From Podarcis muralis (Eukaryota), in the NCBI RefSeq assembly GCF_964188315.1, contig NC_135655.1, forward strand, positions 80,228,001 to 80,292,000: a stretch of DNA of 64,000 nt, written 5' to 3'. Shown one piece after another: positions 10,967 to 23,800 of the stretch. Position 1 is the stretch's first letter; every line of letters starts with the position of its first letter. The position numbers and the translations under genes are program-made. The notes under the pieces are model-generated. The model had not been told where the DNA came from. It made no database searches and was given only the letters and a program-made list of their open reading frames with translations.

Positions 10967-11817
10967 GTGTGCCCTCCTGTGTGAATGTGTTTACACAATT
11001 AGCACAATTGCAAAAAAGTAAACTTCCAAGTAAACATCATTAGAGATCAGGCTCTAAATCCCGTGGATTTCACTTGAGAATGACTAATCTCTACTTCAGT
11101 CAATTTTACAACCAGATCTAATTGGAGAATCCAGTGTAGCCAGTTCAACAATCCAGCTAGAAAGCATGCTAAATCGATTCCCCGTCCCCTTGCTTATTGG
11201 TTGCAGTATTTTACCACAGCACAATTGTTAAATGTTTTTAATAGTGTCTGCAGCACAGGGGCTGGAGGATTGTGGCTTTGCAGGATTACTGCTGAAACCT
11301 ACACCTTGGTACTTGGAAGTTAGCACTACTTTATCTTAATGCAGTTTACCAATAAAATAGCTAACTGAAGTGTGTAGGGAACCTCATTCTAGGGAACAAT
11401 TTATTAAGACTGAAATCTGGTAGAAAGGAGTTGGGGTGCAGGACATGAAATGATTTTTAAACCAGAAGTACATGGCAGGCCTTAGAGAAAGGAGCGGTCA
11501 TCTCCAACATGTCAGCTACCTTCCTCAGGGAAAACAACTCCCAGTGTGGTTCAGATGTGACTTTTCCTGTGCACAACTGCAAGGAGATTGCTGTGCACTT
11601 CTGCTCTTTCCCTCTTTAACAGTAAGAAAAAAGGTGGAAGAAGCAATGGGAAAGCAATGGGAGGATTATACTTGGCTTACATCCAGATGCCCTGTAACAC
11701 TGCATGGCGGAGGCATACCAAATACACATTAAAAGCTTCAGAGAAGGCATAATGAACACATATACTGAAAGCCTCATAGGGAAGCAGTCAGTGTGTGCCA
11801 TGATCGATAAGCAAGGA

Positions 11818-11890
11818 CAATAATAATAATTTTTATTTATTTATATCCTGCCCTCCCCAGCCGAAGCTGGGCTCAGAACAGCTAACAACA
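11818..11890 (-). mobile_element. Short LINE 3'-tail fragment
   Basis: About 70 bp nearly identical to 52670-52740, with an (ATT)n tail on the minus strand. Confidence 0.6.
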
Positions 11891-12532
11891 ATATTGCCAT
11901 TCAATGTACCATTGTTATCTTTCTAGTTGGAGTCATTATATCAACCCCATTCATTTTTTCCACTCATTGTCAGATTAGCTCTGTAGTTTATTTTGTTGGT
12001 AGACACACATAAACAGCATATATATTTCTACCATAGGACTCTGGTACGCCGTGGTGACTGGTAGGATAGAAAGTTAAAGATAGAGCCAGAGCCACCCTCC
12101 TCTCTGCTGAGTTGTACAAGCAATACTGAGACTAAGGCAGCCAGGACCAATCCCTGGACTGGATGCTAAAGTAGGATGGCAGGCATTTGGGGGCTGACTG
12201 GGGGCAGACTGGGACTGGTGGGCCGTGCCCTGATTCATACCTCCACTGGTGCTACACAAAGTGTTATGCCTTCCTTTTTTCTTTTTTCTTTACTTTGTTG
12301 CAGCTACCACCTAGTAAGAGTTCTTTAATACATCTGGTTCATCTGTCATTAGAGTCAAAGCGAGGGACACTTTGGCCTTGCTCTCACATGGGGCTACTTC
12401 TTGGTGATTCTACATTGGTAGCAGCCAATGTATAATATGTATTGGGATGCCTTGTCTAGTCTGCAGAATGCACACCGCTTTTTCAAGATGTCACGTGTTT
12501 ATGCTTTTATTATATCCTCCTAAATACTTCCT

Positions 12533-12835
12533 GTAAAGGTAAAGGGATCCCTGACCATTAGGTCCAGTCACGGACAACTCTGGGGTTGTGGTGCTCATCT
12601 CGCTTTACTGGCCAAGGGAGCCGGTGTACAGCTTCCGGGTCATGTGGCCAGCATGACTAAGCCGCTTCTGTCACACCAGAGCAGCGCACGGAAACGCCGT
12701 TTACCTTCCCATCAGAGCGGTACCTATTTATCTACATGTACTTCATGCTTTCGAACTGCTAGGTTGGCAGGAGCAGGGACCGAGCAATGGGAGCTCACCC
12801 CATTGCGGGGATTCGAACCGACGACCTTCTGATCA
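12533..12835 (-). mobile_element. Sauria SINE, 5'-truncated, different subfamily
   Basis: GTAAAGGTAAAGGG tail, core GCTTTCGAACTGCTAGG and B box GGATTCGAACC; diagnostic segments differ from the copies at 10611 and 57940. Confidence 0.9.
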
Positions 12836-13151
12836 GTGATCTGCTTATTTTTCCAGTAACAAATGAACATAACCTTCTTTTGGGGAGGGGAGCCACTCCC
12901 CCCCCCATGGCAACATGGAATATATAGAGGTACAAATTAGAAAGTGATATTCAGGACGATGTTTGAATTATTCTAGAACTATGTTTTACCACATCCCGTT
13001 TTCCAGCATTCTTACTAAACAGCTCACCTTCAACTAGCCTGACATAAGCTGACAAGTCATTATGTAAATTTTTATATAGAGATTTTGATCCTGCCATTCT
13101 AGTAACTAGGTATGAGATTAGCTCTCCTAGTTCAAGGCCAAGCATTTATAG

Positions 13152-13484
13152 CAGGGGTCTGCAACCTTTAAGACAAAAAGAGCCACTTGGACCCGTTTCC
13201 GAAGGAAAAAAACAACTGGGAGCCGCAAAACCATTGCGACATTTAAAACAAATATATCTCCGGAGCCGCGATCTGACAGAAGGCGGGAAGGTGACGTCGG
13301 GACGGTGCGTGACTAATGCACGCACCGCCCCCATGCGATGTCACAGCCAGTACAGCGCACGCCACAGTGGGGAGTGTTGGGGCGCACAATGCGCCTCCTC
13401 CCCTCGCTAATATCTGCCCCGGAGCCGCGGCAAAGGTGTAAAAGAGCCACATGCGGCTCCGGAGCCGCGGGTTGCAGACCCCTG
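13152..13484. mobile_element. hAT (Charlie-like) MITE
   Basis: Perfect 15-bp TIR CAGGGGTCTGCAACC...GGTTGCAGACCCCTG; perfect 8-bp TSD ATTTATAG. Confidence 0.92.
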
Positions 13485-15073
13485 ATTTATAGGATACTTG
13501 TGACTTTTCTCTCTCTGATATACATCTTGTTTTGTTGAGTCACCTCATCTATCATTTTTGGAACTATAAACTATGTACTATAATGTCAGTAGTGTTTGAG
13601 GGTGCTTATGAAAGACAGATTGCTTTCTCCACGGTTAACCACATAAAGACTCCCATACCGAAACAAGCAGTGGGAAATGGTCTCTTCCTGGCTGAGAACT
13701 ATTTCTTGGCATGAAGCTAAATTTGCACTTGAATAACACTTACTGATATCACCTGATTCAGAGCACTGGTATCTGGCTTAGTTATTCCTAGCATGTGGTG
13801 CCTGCTGTTTTTTTGTAGATTTCAGTCTGTTAGAACTGGTAAAAGGCCATCACAGTCTAATATACAATGATTGGTGAAATAATTCCCCCCACCACCCCAG
13901 ACCCATACATAAACATACATAATACTCTTTCAGTCATCAACAGCTCCTCCTAAGTCTCATTCTTGCCACCTTTCTAAAATAAGCAATGGTTTCTTCTTCT
14001 CTTGGTTTCAAATGTGTTTCAGAACTTTTGTACATGCTGCCTCTATATATGAACCTTATGGCAAACAGTAGAGAATGCTGTTGCTATCTTCAGGGGGAAT
14101 TGAAAACTAGGTTTGTGCAATTAAAGTTGATTTGATACAGCATGACCACAAACCTTTCCACCCCCAATCATACTTTTGTGATAATGAAAGTAATAGGGAA
14201 AATCACTGGAAAGGGTGGGATAACACATGAACACATGCTTGATGCATTGTGCAAGGAAATTGAATGTTCAATATGCAGGTCGTCTGGAGGCAACCTTGGC
14301 TAGGTAAGGGTTGGGGCATGCCTAGTCTTCTCTTCTATTCATAGACAAAAAGAAGGGGGGGGAGAGCAGAGTACTCAGTCTCTTGTCTAAAACTTTTTTT
14401 GGCATTTTTACCTTAAAAGTACTAATAGCACTTCAGCAGTGTTGCTATTTTGTGGGTGGGATTGTGCGAGAGCACCAAATTCACTTTTAATGTTTACTAT
14501 ATTTTGTACATTGCTGTATATATCAACACGCTTCCACCCCCAAGTTGGAATTTTTGTGGCAAGAAAAGGAGGAAATGTCCTACAACGTAACACTTGCTTG
14601 AGCAACATAGTACAACCTCCTGGCAAACAAATGCTCAGGAACAGTGGATATCATGTAACCTCCCTGCAAACTTTGTACAGAAAGATGTGGATGAATGCTC
14701 CATAAAAAGGTGATTTGGAAGCAACCTGAGACCAGTATATTGTCTTGCAGTGCAATCCTAACCATGTCTACAGACCAATAAATCCTATAGATCTGAACAG
14801 GGATTACTCTTAGGTAAGCAGGGTTAGGATTGAAGCCTTAATGCTGTTTAGAAAGTTCCATTCAGTGATCTGCTTCTTGACAAATGTTCTTTGCAAATGT
14901 AGTGATTAGCTCCTAAGTATAATTCTAATACCATTTCTCCTTGCCTAGACAAGCCATTCAATATCAGGTAAGCTTTCTATGAAGAAATTGGCTGAGTTGC
15001 TTTATTCCAGTATTTGTCAAATAGATATTAAGCCACTGTTCCCCCTTTTGAGATACAACAGGAAACAGAAGTA

Positions 15074-15804
15074 CAGTGGTGCCTCGGGTTAAGTACTTAA
15101 TTCGTTCTGGAGGTCCGTTCTTAACCTGAAACTGTTCTTAACCTGAAGCACCACTTTAGCTAATGGGGCCTCCCACTGTTGCCGTGCCGCCGGACCACGA
15201 TTTCTGTTCTCATCCTGAAGCAAAGTTCTTAACCTGAACATAGGCGCCGACTCCATGGGGCCTGAGGGGGCCTGAGCCCCCTCAAAAATTCGTTTGGGGG
15301 GGCTCTGTCCCCCCAATAATTTAAGAAAATTATTAGTTATATTATGCTTTGTAAAATCACAAAATTTTTTATTTTCCTTGTTTGACGATAGTTACCTTTT
15401 AAAATACATTCAGTAATGAGTTAAAACAAAGCCACTCCCGATCTAGAGAGGGGGTGGGGTTGCGGGCTCTCGACCCATCAACAATCTCGCGGGGCTGGCG
15501 TCAGCCCCGCGAGAAGCGGGGATTCCCCCTAGCTCTTTAATATTCACCGCCCACGGCGGCAGCCAATCGGCTGCTGCAAAGGGCGGGCCCTCACAGGTTC
15601 ACTTAAGGTCGGGGCAGCCCGGGGCTCGCCCCTTTCGTTCCCCCAGCAGCAGCGGTTTGGAGGTCTTGGGCCCCCCCAATATTTTTTATAAGTCGGTATG
15701 GGCCCCCCAATATTTTTTATAAGTCGGCGCCCCTGAACCTGAAGCACTATTTCTGGGTTAGCGGAGTATGTAACCTGAAGCGTATGTAACCCGAGGTACC
15801 ACTG
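15074..15804. mobile_element. Tc1/mariner MITE copy 2, interrupted by a hAT element
   Basis: TA|CAGTGGTGCCTCGGGTTA...TAACCCGAGGTACCACTG|TA; collinear with 54396-54621 once 15239-15743 is removed. Confidence 0.9.
15239..15735. mobile_element. hAT-type MITE nested in a mariner MITE
   Basis: TIR CATAGGCGCCGACT...AGTCGGCGCCCCTG; perfect 8-bp TSD AACCTGAA (15231-15238 and 15736-15743). Confidence 0.9.
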
Positions 15805-16342
15805 TATAAACTTATCAGGACTGTTGCACACATGGAAGCAATTTAAGCAAGCTAAGAATGAACATTTGAAAAGATGCGATATTTCTAAGGTCTGAATATG
15901 TCTGTTTTCCTACTTGGGTATATATGTGTGCACATATCATTCTCCTTAGTTACTGCCACTAGTACAAACCTGGTTTATTGAGGACAGTGATTAGCCCAAG
16001 TCAAATATGAGCTTATCTATTCCCATGAAACAGTTTTGTCTACAAAATGTAGTTTCAAAGGAGCATCCTCTTTGTATAGAGGGCTAGGGAACCTCAGGGC
16101 CAGGAGCCAAATGGAAGCATCTCCCTTGGCCATGTCTCTTCACCAGCCTTGATCCATGCTCTCCTTGAGTGCTTTTCCTACCTGGAGTGTGTCCTTGAAC
16201 TAAGATAATGCTGTCTCTTGTTTACCTGGATGGAGAGGGTGTATGCGTAGAAACCTCTGACAATTGTGTGTCCATAATGTAAACAAAATGTGTCCAAAAT
16301 CCATTGCTCTGCTTACTTTTGCCTCTAGCCCCACCCACCATT

Positions 16343-16545
16343 AACATACTAACATAAGAAAAGCCTGCTGGATCAGACTAAAGACCCATCTAGTCCAGTG
16401 CTGTGGACCTGGGAACAGCCATACTTTCCAGCTTGTGATCCCCAGCCCCTGCTATTCAGAGGCACTATCTCGGATACTGGAGGTATTATGGTCATCATGA
16501 CTAGTAGCTATGGATTATCTTATCCTCCACAGATTTATCTAAATC
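16343..16545 (-). mobile_element. CR1 LINE 3' end
   Basis: AACATAAGAAAAGCCTGCTGGATCAG...CCATCTAGTCCAG...TTTATCTAAATC; reverse complement of the motif set seen at 62009-62260. Confidence 0.65.
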
Positions 16546-17419
16546 ACAGCTCTCTTCTGTTATGAAAAAAGCCCACCCTGGCTTCATCAGCGGGGTGGTG
16601 TCTAAAAACCTCAGTCAGCATAGCTGAGTAACAGATGTACAAACTTCCTGTTTTGTTAAATGTAATCAATGCATGGCTTTAATCAAAGATCTTCAGGAAC
16701 AGCTCCTAAGTGGGGAGGTATTGCTGCAAAAATTATGAAGCAGCAGAGTGACAACACAAGCAACTCCAAAGATAGGACTCTTTATTACAGCCAAATTTCA
16801 TAAAGTACAAAGTAATGATCTCAAAACTAAGAATATAAAGCATAGACCTGTACTCATGCATGGGGTTACAGAAACACCAGATACTATTCACTGCAAGGAT
16901 GCTCTTGAGCCTGAAGTATTAGAAGCAAGGTACTGTAAGAACATCATGTTGCCATTCTGAAGCTACTTCGATTCAATGGAGAGCCCTGCACAGGAGAGGA
17001 ATGGTGATACAACATTTTAGCAAGTCTTGAATTATGAGCTGAATCAAAGGAAGGAGGTATCACTGCACCCAGGACCCCTCCCAACCAGCTTTTGCCGGTC
17101 AGGATGGGCAGTCAAGAGCAAGAAGCTGTCCACATCATTAGAAGAGTTCTGTCCACATCATCAGGCCATATAAATTGAAATTGACCCCACAGAGTACTGC
17201 AATGAGCACCTCAACTAGAGTTGCAGTAACAGTGACATCCAAGGCACTACAGAGCTGCGTGATTTTATCCCCAAAGCATTGTGCAAATTGCTTACAGCAT
17301 GCTGCCAAAGGTTCCAGAGGCCCATCTGCTACTTCTGGTACAACCATACTCTGGAACACTCAAAACAATTCTGCTGCATGGCTCTTCGAGGAAACAATAG
17401 AGGCAGCAGAATAATCTCT

Positions 17420-17850
17420 CAGCCTGCTTCACTACAACTTAGGTCCAGGGTACCTCAGGGATCGCCTGAACCTTTATATCCCTCTGAGAACAGCAGCAGG
17501 AGTGTTCCCTGAGTTGGTGAGGCTCATTTGACAACAATGAGAAACCAAACCTTTAGTGTCATTGGCCCACTGCTTTGGAATACTATGCCAAGAGAGTTTC
17601 AGCAGGCACCTTCTGTGCCATCTTCTGAATGCCTGCTGAAAACCTTTGTATTTCGCCAGGCTTATGCAGACAATTAAGAGTTCATCCTCCACCATGGTTT
17701 ATTTATGCTTGTTTTTAACTTCTTTTCCTTTGAAATTAGTTTTTATATTTACTTTTTAAATGTAGTTTTTATCTTTTAAATGTTGTAAATCGCTTTGATA
17801 TGTTTTGTGATTTAGTGGTATATACTTTTATAAATACAATAAATTAATCA
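17420..17850 (+). mobile_element. L2-type LINE 3' fragment (ORF2 end plus AT-rich tail)
   Basis: Decayed ORF2 C-terminal motifs (LGPGYLRDRL; later CTTTGGAAT...CTGAAAACC...TTTCGCCAGGC), then a tail TGTAAATCGCTTTGA...GGTATATA...AATAAATT. Confidence 0.65.
17698..17703 (-). terminator. Candidate TKFC polyadenylation signal (AATAAA on minus strand, inside an antisense L2 tail)
   Basis: TTTATT on the + strand about 155 nt downstream of the TKFC stop. Confidence 0.35.
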
Positions 17851-17858
17851 CCACTAAA

Positions 17859-20800
17859 TTAAATTGTTTTAACCTGCAATCCTTCCATCACTGCACGAAG
17901 AATAGCTGCAGCTGCTACAGCACCAGGGTCTGGCCGATTTAGGCGGGATGAGCCAATGTAACTGGCCCTGCCTGCAGCTGCTTCCATATGTTTTGTAGAC
18001 TCAGCAGCAGCCTCTGCCTCCTGCAGAAAAAAGCAAGACATTATAAGAGGAGAAACAGATACCTATGTGCTCACCATTTGCAAGGAATTAAGAGTAGATA
18101 GATACCACCAAAAGCTTTCATATGCTTCTAAATTTGAAACCATAAGCCCTCATCTGGACACTAGTCCTCCCCATTTCTGTTGTGGTGTGATGCCTTTTAG
18201 TCCTAATGCTACAAACAAACCACTTTAGGATTTTGCCTAATGATTTTAAGTGTTTGGTAATTTTTCAGATTGCAGATGGACTACTAGTGAAATTGATACT
18301 GTGTGCCTGATAATAAGACTTATGCTGATTGGACAATATGAGAACGCACAGAACTACAGATATGGGACATATACTACATATCTATAACCTGAGAAAAATT
18401 GCTTATAGTTCCCTGCTCTCATCTTCCTAAATGATGCAAAAGGGTTTTGTTTGTTTTTTTACACTTTGGGTTGCAGGTACATTAACATACTCACTTCTAC
18501 AGCTTTGGTCAGAACCTTCAGTGGATTAGTCTGTGGGTTCTTCAGGGCTCTGAGCTGCTCAGCAGCAGCACAGAGTGAATCCAGCTAGCAAAGATACAAA
18601 GAATAATTAAGAGGACAATAGCTCTATCAGGGCTAGTTATGGACAGTCATTATCTTGACAGGGATAGTCTCTTATCTGAACCTTGAACACCTGGAAATGT
18701 TTGCTGAAACTGAATGTTATGGGAAATATTCCATACATTCTGGACAAGGCAAGTTAATGTTGGTAACTATTGTTTAGATAAATTGTGCTAACCAACACTA
18801 CCCTAATTTGCTAGTGTCAAGTGTCTGGAATGTGCAGATGTGTGAAGCATTCTAAAGTAACCATAGTTAAGACTGTAACCCATGACTGCTAAGTAAAGCC
18901 AAAAAATAAGTGGTGTCACTTTTGCCTTGAGGTAGCTCCATGGCAGAAGAAGAAATTTCAGGTGCTTCTCCTGATTTCTTTCCCTTCTCATTCCGCTCTT
19001 ATGGGATAGCATGACACTGCTCATACCTTCCTGAATTTTGTGTTTTTGCATTCATAGTACCCCATCTGCACCATGTCTGAGAGTACCCATTTTCTTCGAG
19101 CACAGACCCTCCTTTCTCCATACTTCACATCAAAGCAAGAGTAACAACCTTCATTGAAATACAATGACTCAAGTGTGTCCTTCTATGCCAAACCACAAGT
19201 GAGGCAGCATGGCAGTGGAGCAACCCTCAGAAGTGTTATAACACCCCAGAAACAAACTGTCTCCAAAAATTCAAAGTCATACTTTTGGAATTTTTGCATC
19301 TATGTTGGTATTATCAGTAAATCCGAATTAACAAGGCAACAACTCAAGCATGGCATTGTGTAGATATCCCCTAAAATTAGTTCCTGGGCGCCTTCAGATA
19401 TGCTTCAAATAGCTGGAATGGAAGGGGCCTTAATGAAGGACAGTGTTAGGGCACATTACTCACCATAGTTCTGTCTCCAGGTGCAGCTCCTCCATACCTG
19501 TCAGATGAATACAGTTAGTAGTGTAGGTTCCACATGTGCATCCCTCCCACTGTAGAGACAGTCTCACTCATATAGCAAGGATGGAAGTAGCAAGAGAACA
19601 CATGTATAATTACTCTGCTGCAGTCATGTAAGGGTCACACTCACCGCATCATGGCATCAATACCAGCATCCACGGCGGCTGACCAAGTTGCCAATTCATC
19701 ATCAGTCCGTAGGGGCTGAGCAGCTGCTGTTAGAAACAGTCCATAGAGCTGTAAGAAAACAAAGTGGTTTCATCTCTGATAAAGTCTAGGGTAATAATAC
19801 AATAATCAAATGCAGTATTTCTCTTTAGCATATTACAATTTTCTCCTTATCTACTCCTACAGCTTAAGACAGAAAATAGTTTAAAACGCAATAAAATCTA
19901 ACAAAATAAGCTGAATGGAACTTCTTTTTAGCAATAAGCATCTTAACAAAGAACCTTTTAATAAAGTTTCCATAGTCAAGGTAGTCTAAGAGCTATCAGA
20001 TCAAAATCAAAATTCAGTGGCCCTAGTAAAACAAATTATTACAGCCCACCCTGGTTCCAAGGTCTATGGCACATCTTTTCTATCTGCATATCTGCCATGT
20101 TGTGAGACTAACGAACCACAAAGGCACCCACTGAGTATCAGACAAAAGGGGATATAAACCTGTGTCTCCATTGTCCAACACCGTTGCTTCATGAATTCCC
20201 TTATGTGATAGCTTTTGACCTCTAAACACAACAGAATGAGATGGACTAGAGTCCTGAGGTAGTAAAATGGATTGTAGCACTTCTGACTGTAGGCAAGAGA
20301 TCACATCTGTGCATCATCCTCTACACTAAAAACATTTTGTAAGTAGAAATTAGCCTAACTGTACTCCTTTTATGTTAGAACTTCTTTCCAAAATGTGCCC
20401 CACCTCCAAAGCAGCACAGTCTATTTTACTACAACCGTCTGTTGCATGAATAGACTACATTTAAATTTCTCAGTGGAAATAGTTTCAGTGTATTTTGGAA
20501 CTACTACATGCATACAAGTTTGCTCCAATTTAGTAAAAGCTTTAATTTTTAAGTTATGAGAATATGCTGGTTCTGTATGTTAGATATTATAATTTAAAAA
20601 CTTAATTTCTCACCAAAAGAGCATTTATTGATGAGAAAGGGAAACAGTATTGCATTCTAAAGAGTTGCTTGTTGTAGGGCTAGTTTAAGTCTCACAACTA
20701 GGAAGCTCCCAGTTTCTCCATCTGAAAGTGTTTAAAACATTCTGATCATCTCCCACCCCGTATCCTAACATGAGCCACATTTTTAGAGAATATGTGTCAG

Positions 20801-23800
20801 CAGTAAAAATGCTTATTTGCTACTTTTTCCTAACTGTTGCTCCTTCTCCCACTACACACACAAATTCTAGTAGTACCAATCACCCTTACATAAGAGCAAG
20901 GAGCAACCTTAAACAGGTTATCCAAATTCTTCTAACACTCACCGCCCCCGAAGAACCCCCCATCTTCTCCAGGAGTAACTTTGCTAGGGCAGAGAGCAGC
21001 TGAGAGGGGTACAGTGGTAGAGGTTTTGAATCCACCCATTCCTGGATTGCTGAGGAAACAACCACTCACTGGTTAAAATTGACAATCTCTCATCTGGCTA
21101 GGGCCGCTCCAGACTGGTGTTCATTGCAGGTGTATTCTGCAATATGTTTTTAAACACGGTAATAGTGCATAAATGGCGGATTTATGCTGCTGTGATGCTT
21201 CTCCAATGCTACCACATTACTGATGTCTGGAGAGGCTATCATGCAACAAAGAAGAACAAAAATGAACATTTTAAACATTTGTTAAAAAGAGCTACAGGTT
21301 TTCAGCACAGGATATGCACTGATTGGAACTGAAGCAGGATGACCATCCCAAAGTTTGGGACAACTCTATTATGATCAAGAACACAAATAATCATGAATAA
21401 AAAGGATGTCTGGAGGGGCCCTCACTAATTTTGCAATCAATTGCATTTTTCAACAACATAGGTCCCAAAAAGAGCTAAGACTAAGCCTATAAAGCAATTC
21501 TGCAAATATGTCTCAATTACCGTATTTTTCGCCGTATAGGAAGCACCGGCCCATAGGACGCACCTAGTTGTTTTTTTTTGGGGGGGGGGGGAATAAAGAA
21601 ACATTTTTTTATTCCCTCCCCCCAAGCCGGGAACTCCCGCAGGGCTCCACAGGCTGCGGATAGCTTCCCGAAGCGCGGGGCGCTCTGATTCAGTCCGCCC
21701 CGCGCTCGGGCAAGCAGGCTGCTATCTGCAGCCTAGGGAGCCCTGCGGGAACTCCTGCGGGCTCCCCAGGCTTACGGATAGCTTCCTGAAGCCTGGAGAG
21801 AGAGAGAGGGGTTGGTGCGCACCGACCCCTCTCGCTCCAAGCTTCAGCGAAAGCCTGCATTTGCCCCATAGGACGCACACACATTTCCCCTTCATTTTTG
21901 GAGGGGAAAAAGTGCGTCCTATAGGGCGAAAAATACGGTAGTATGGTAATTTGAAGCATCAAGAGAAAAGATCTCAACAACCTTTTTCAGTCAGAGTACA
22001 TAGTTTTCCAACACCAACACCTTTTTATCATATTCAATCTATGGCATCTCTGAAGAGTCCTTTAAAAGCAGGAAGATTCAGAAAGGCATTTTACGTAAGC
22101 CACCAAGCCTACTGTTCCCTCCTGAACCGGAACAAATTTACTACCTTTCAGCATATTTTTTGCTCTATTTTAGCTTAACCATAATATTATTATGGTATTT
22201 TAATTTATTGCCCACCCTTCAACACCCTGGGATGATTTAAAACAATTTAAAGTGCAACATTAAAAACATTTAAAATAACCTACAATCAAAAATACTGCCC
22301 AGAGGCTTCATACAGATGTTAAATAGCATAGGGGATAAGATGGAACCCCGTGGATTCCAACACACTTTTTATCAACATATCATCAAACAGCATATATTCA
22401 TCCAGCACATATTCTCTCTGACCTTCAGAAAAGTAGTACACCAGTGTCTTTATTCATTTAACTTACAACCCCAAGTCTATAATGGAACACAAGCTGAGGT
22501 TATGTGCTCCAAAAATAGCAAAGGAGTTGTCGGAAGAGCACTAACCTCTGGCAGCTCGTGCATGTGTGCTACCACAGTCTCCATCACCTGCGGCCCGATC
22601 TAGATCATTGAGCTCCTCTTGTAGGTTCAGCAGTGTGTTGCACACCTTCTCTAGAACTGCTCTCATGTAGGGCGTGGCTGGTGCTAAATGAAATGGGAAT
22701 AGCTATTTCATTTCAATAATGGTAAGGCTCCCAGTTTCACATTTTGTCTTACAGAGCAAGTACTGATGTTGCTATGCATTTCCCTTTCATATAATGTGTG
22801 AGTGTAAGGGTAAACTCTATCCAAACATATCACTTTATTAGCAGGCTATTTCAGTTCATGCTGGATTTTTCATCACTTGTTTACTCAGCACCTGATGAAA
22901 CAGCTGAAAATCTGTAATGATTCAGCTGAAGAGTTCTGTATTTGAAATGAATAAAGTAATATGAAACATTCTGCATGTGATATTTGATCTATGATGGCCC
23001 AGTCATGTGTATAAGTCACTTTATGCTGAAGTCATCATGAATATACATGGATTAACTGGTGCAGAAACAGAAAGGCCAGCTCACAGATAAATACATCCAA
23101 TTGCTTGCATATGCAGAAAGAAACGCTACAAATACTACTACCTAGGAATGTATTATCATTAACTTACAGATGGAGAAACTGGGGTATAAAAAGATTTTTG
23201 TTTTCTATGTCATACAGATAATGAGAGAACAAGAGTGAAGCAAAACTGAAGCCAACATTTCTGGCAAAAAGGCATTTACTGTCCTGACCAGCCTTTTGCT
23301 CATCCAGTCCTTCAAACAGGACACAATATCTCCTGTTGGTGCTGCTTGTGTCTCCAGATTACGTTCACTCTCAGTGCTTCTTGAGAGAAGGACATTCTGC
23401 CATCACAAAGCCAGAATCACAGTCTCAGCAGACAGGATGAATCTGGCAAGAAATTTCTCAGAGAGAGAGAGATGATGCTTCATCCTGTACCTCTAAATGG
23501 AAAAGACTCCTCTTTCTCCTCTTCCTTGGGTGCTACTGACTCTCTCACTCTTTTCTGGCCTGACACATGCACCTTCGCAGGTTGTGACCACGCAACAGCT
23601 GTAGTGTCGGAATCTAGAATTTGGAATACAAGACTGTGATATACAATTGCTGATAGTTTCACAACACCATTGGTTCATATCCATGAAGTCATCAACACAT
23701 GGACTCTTGAAAATCATCAGCATTTTTCTTAGCAGAAGCCACAAAAGTCTGATTATGAACCCCAAATAACCAAGCCCAACATAACAGAATTGGACAGTCT

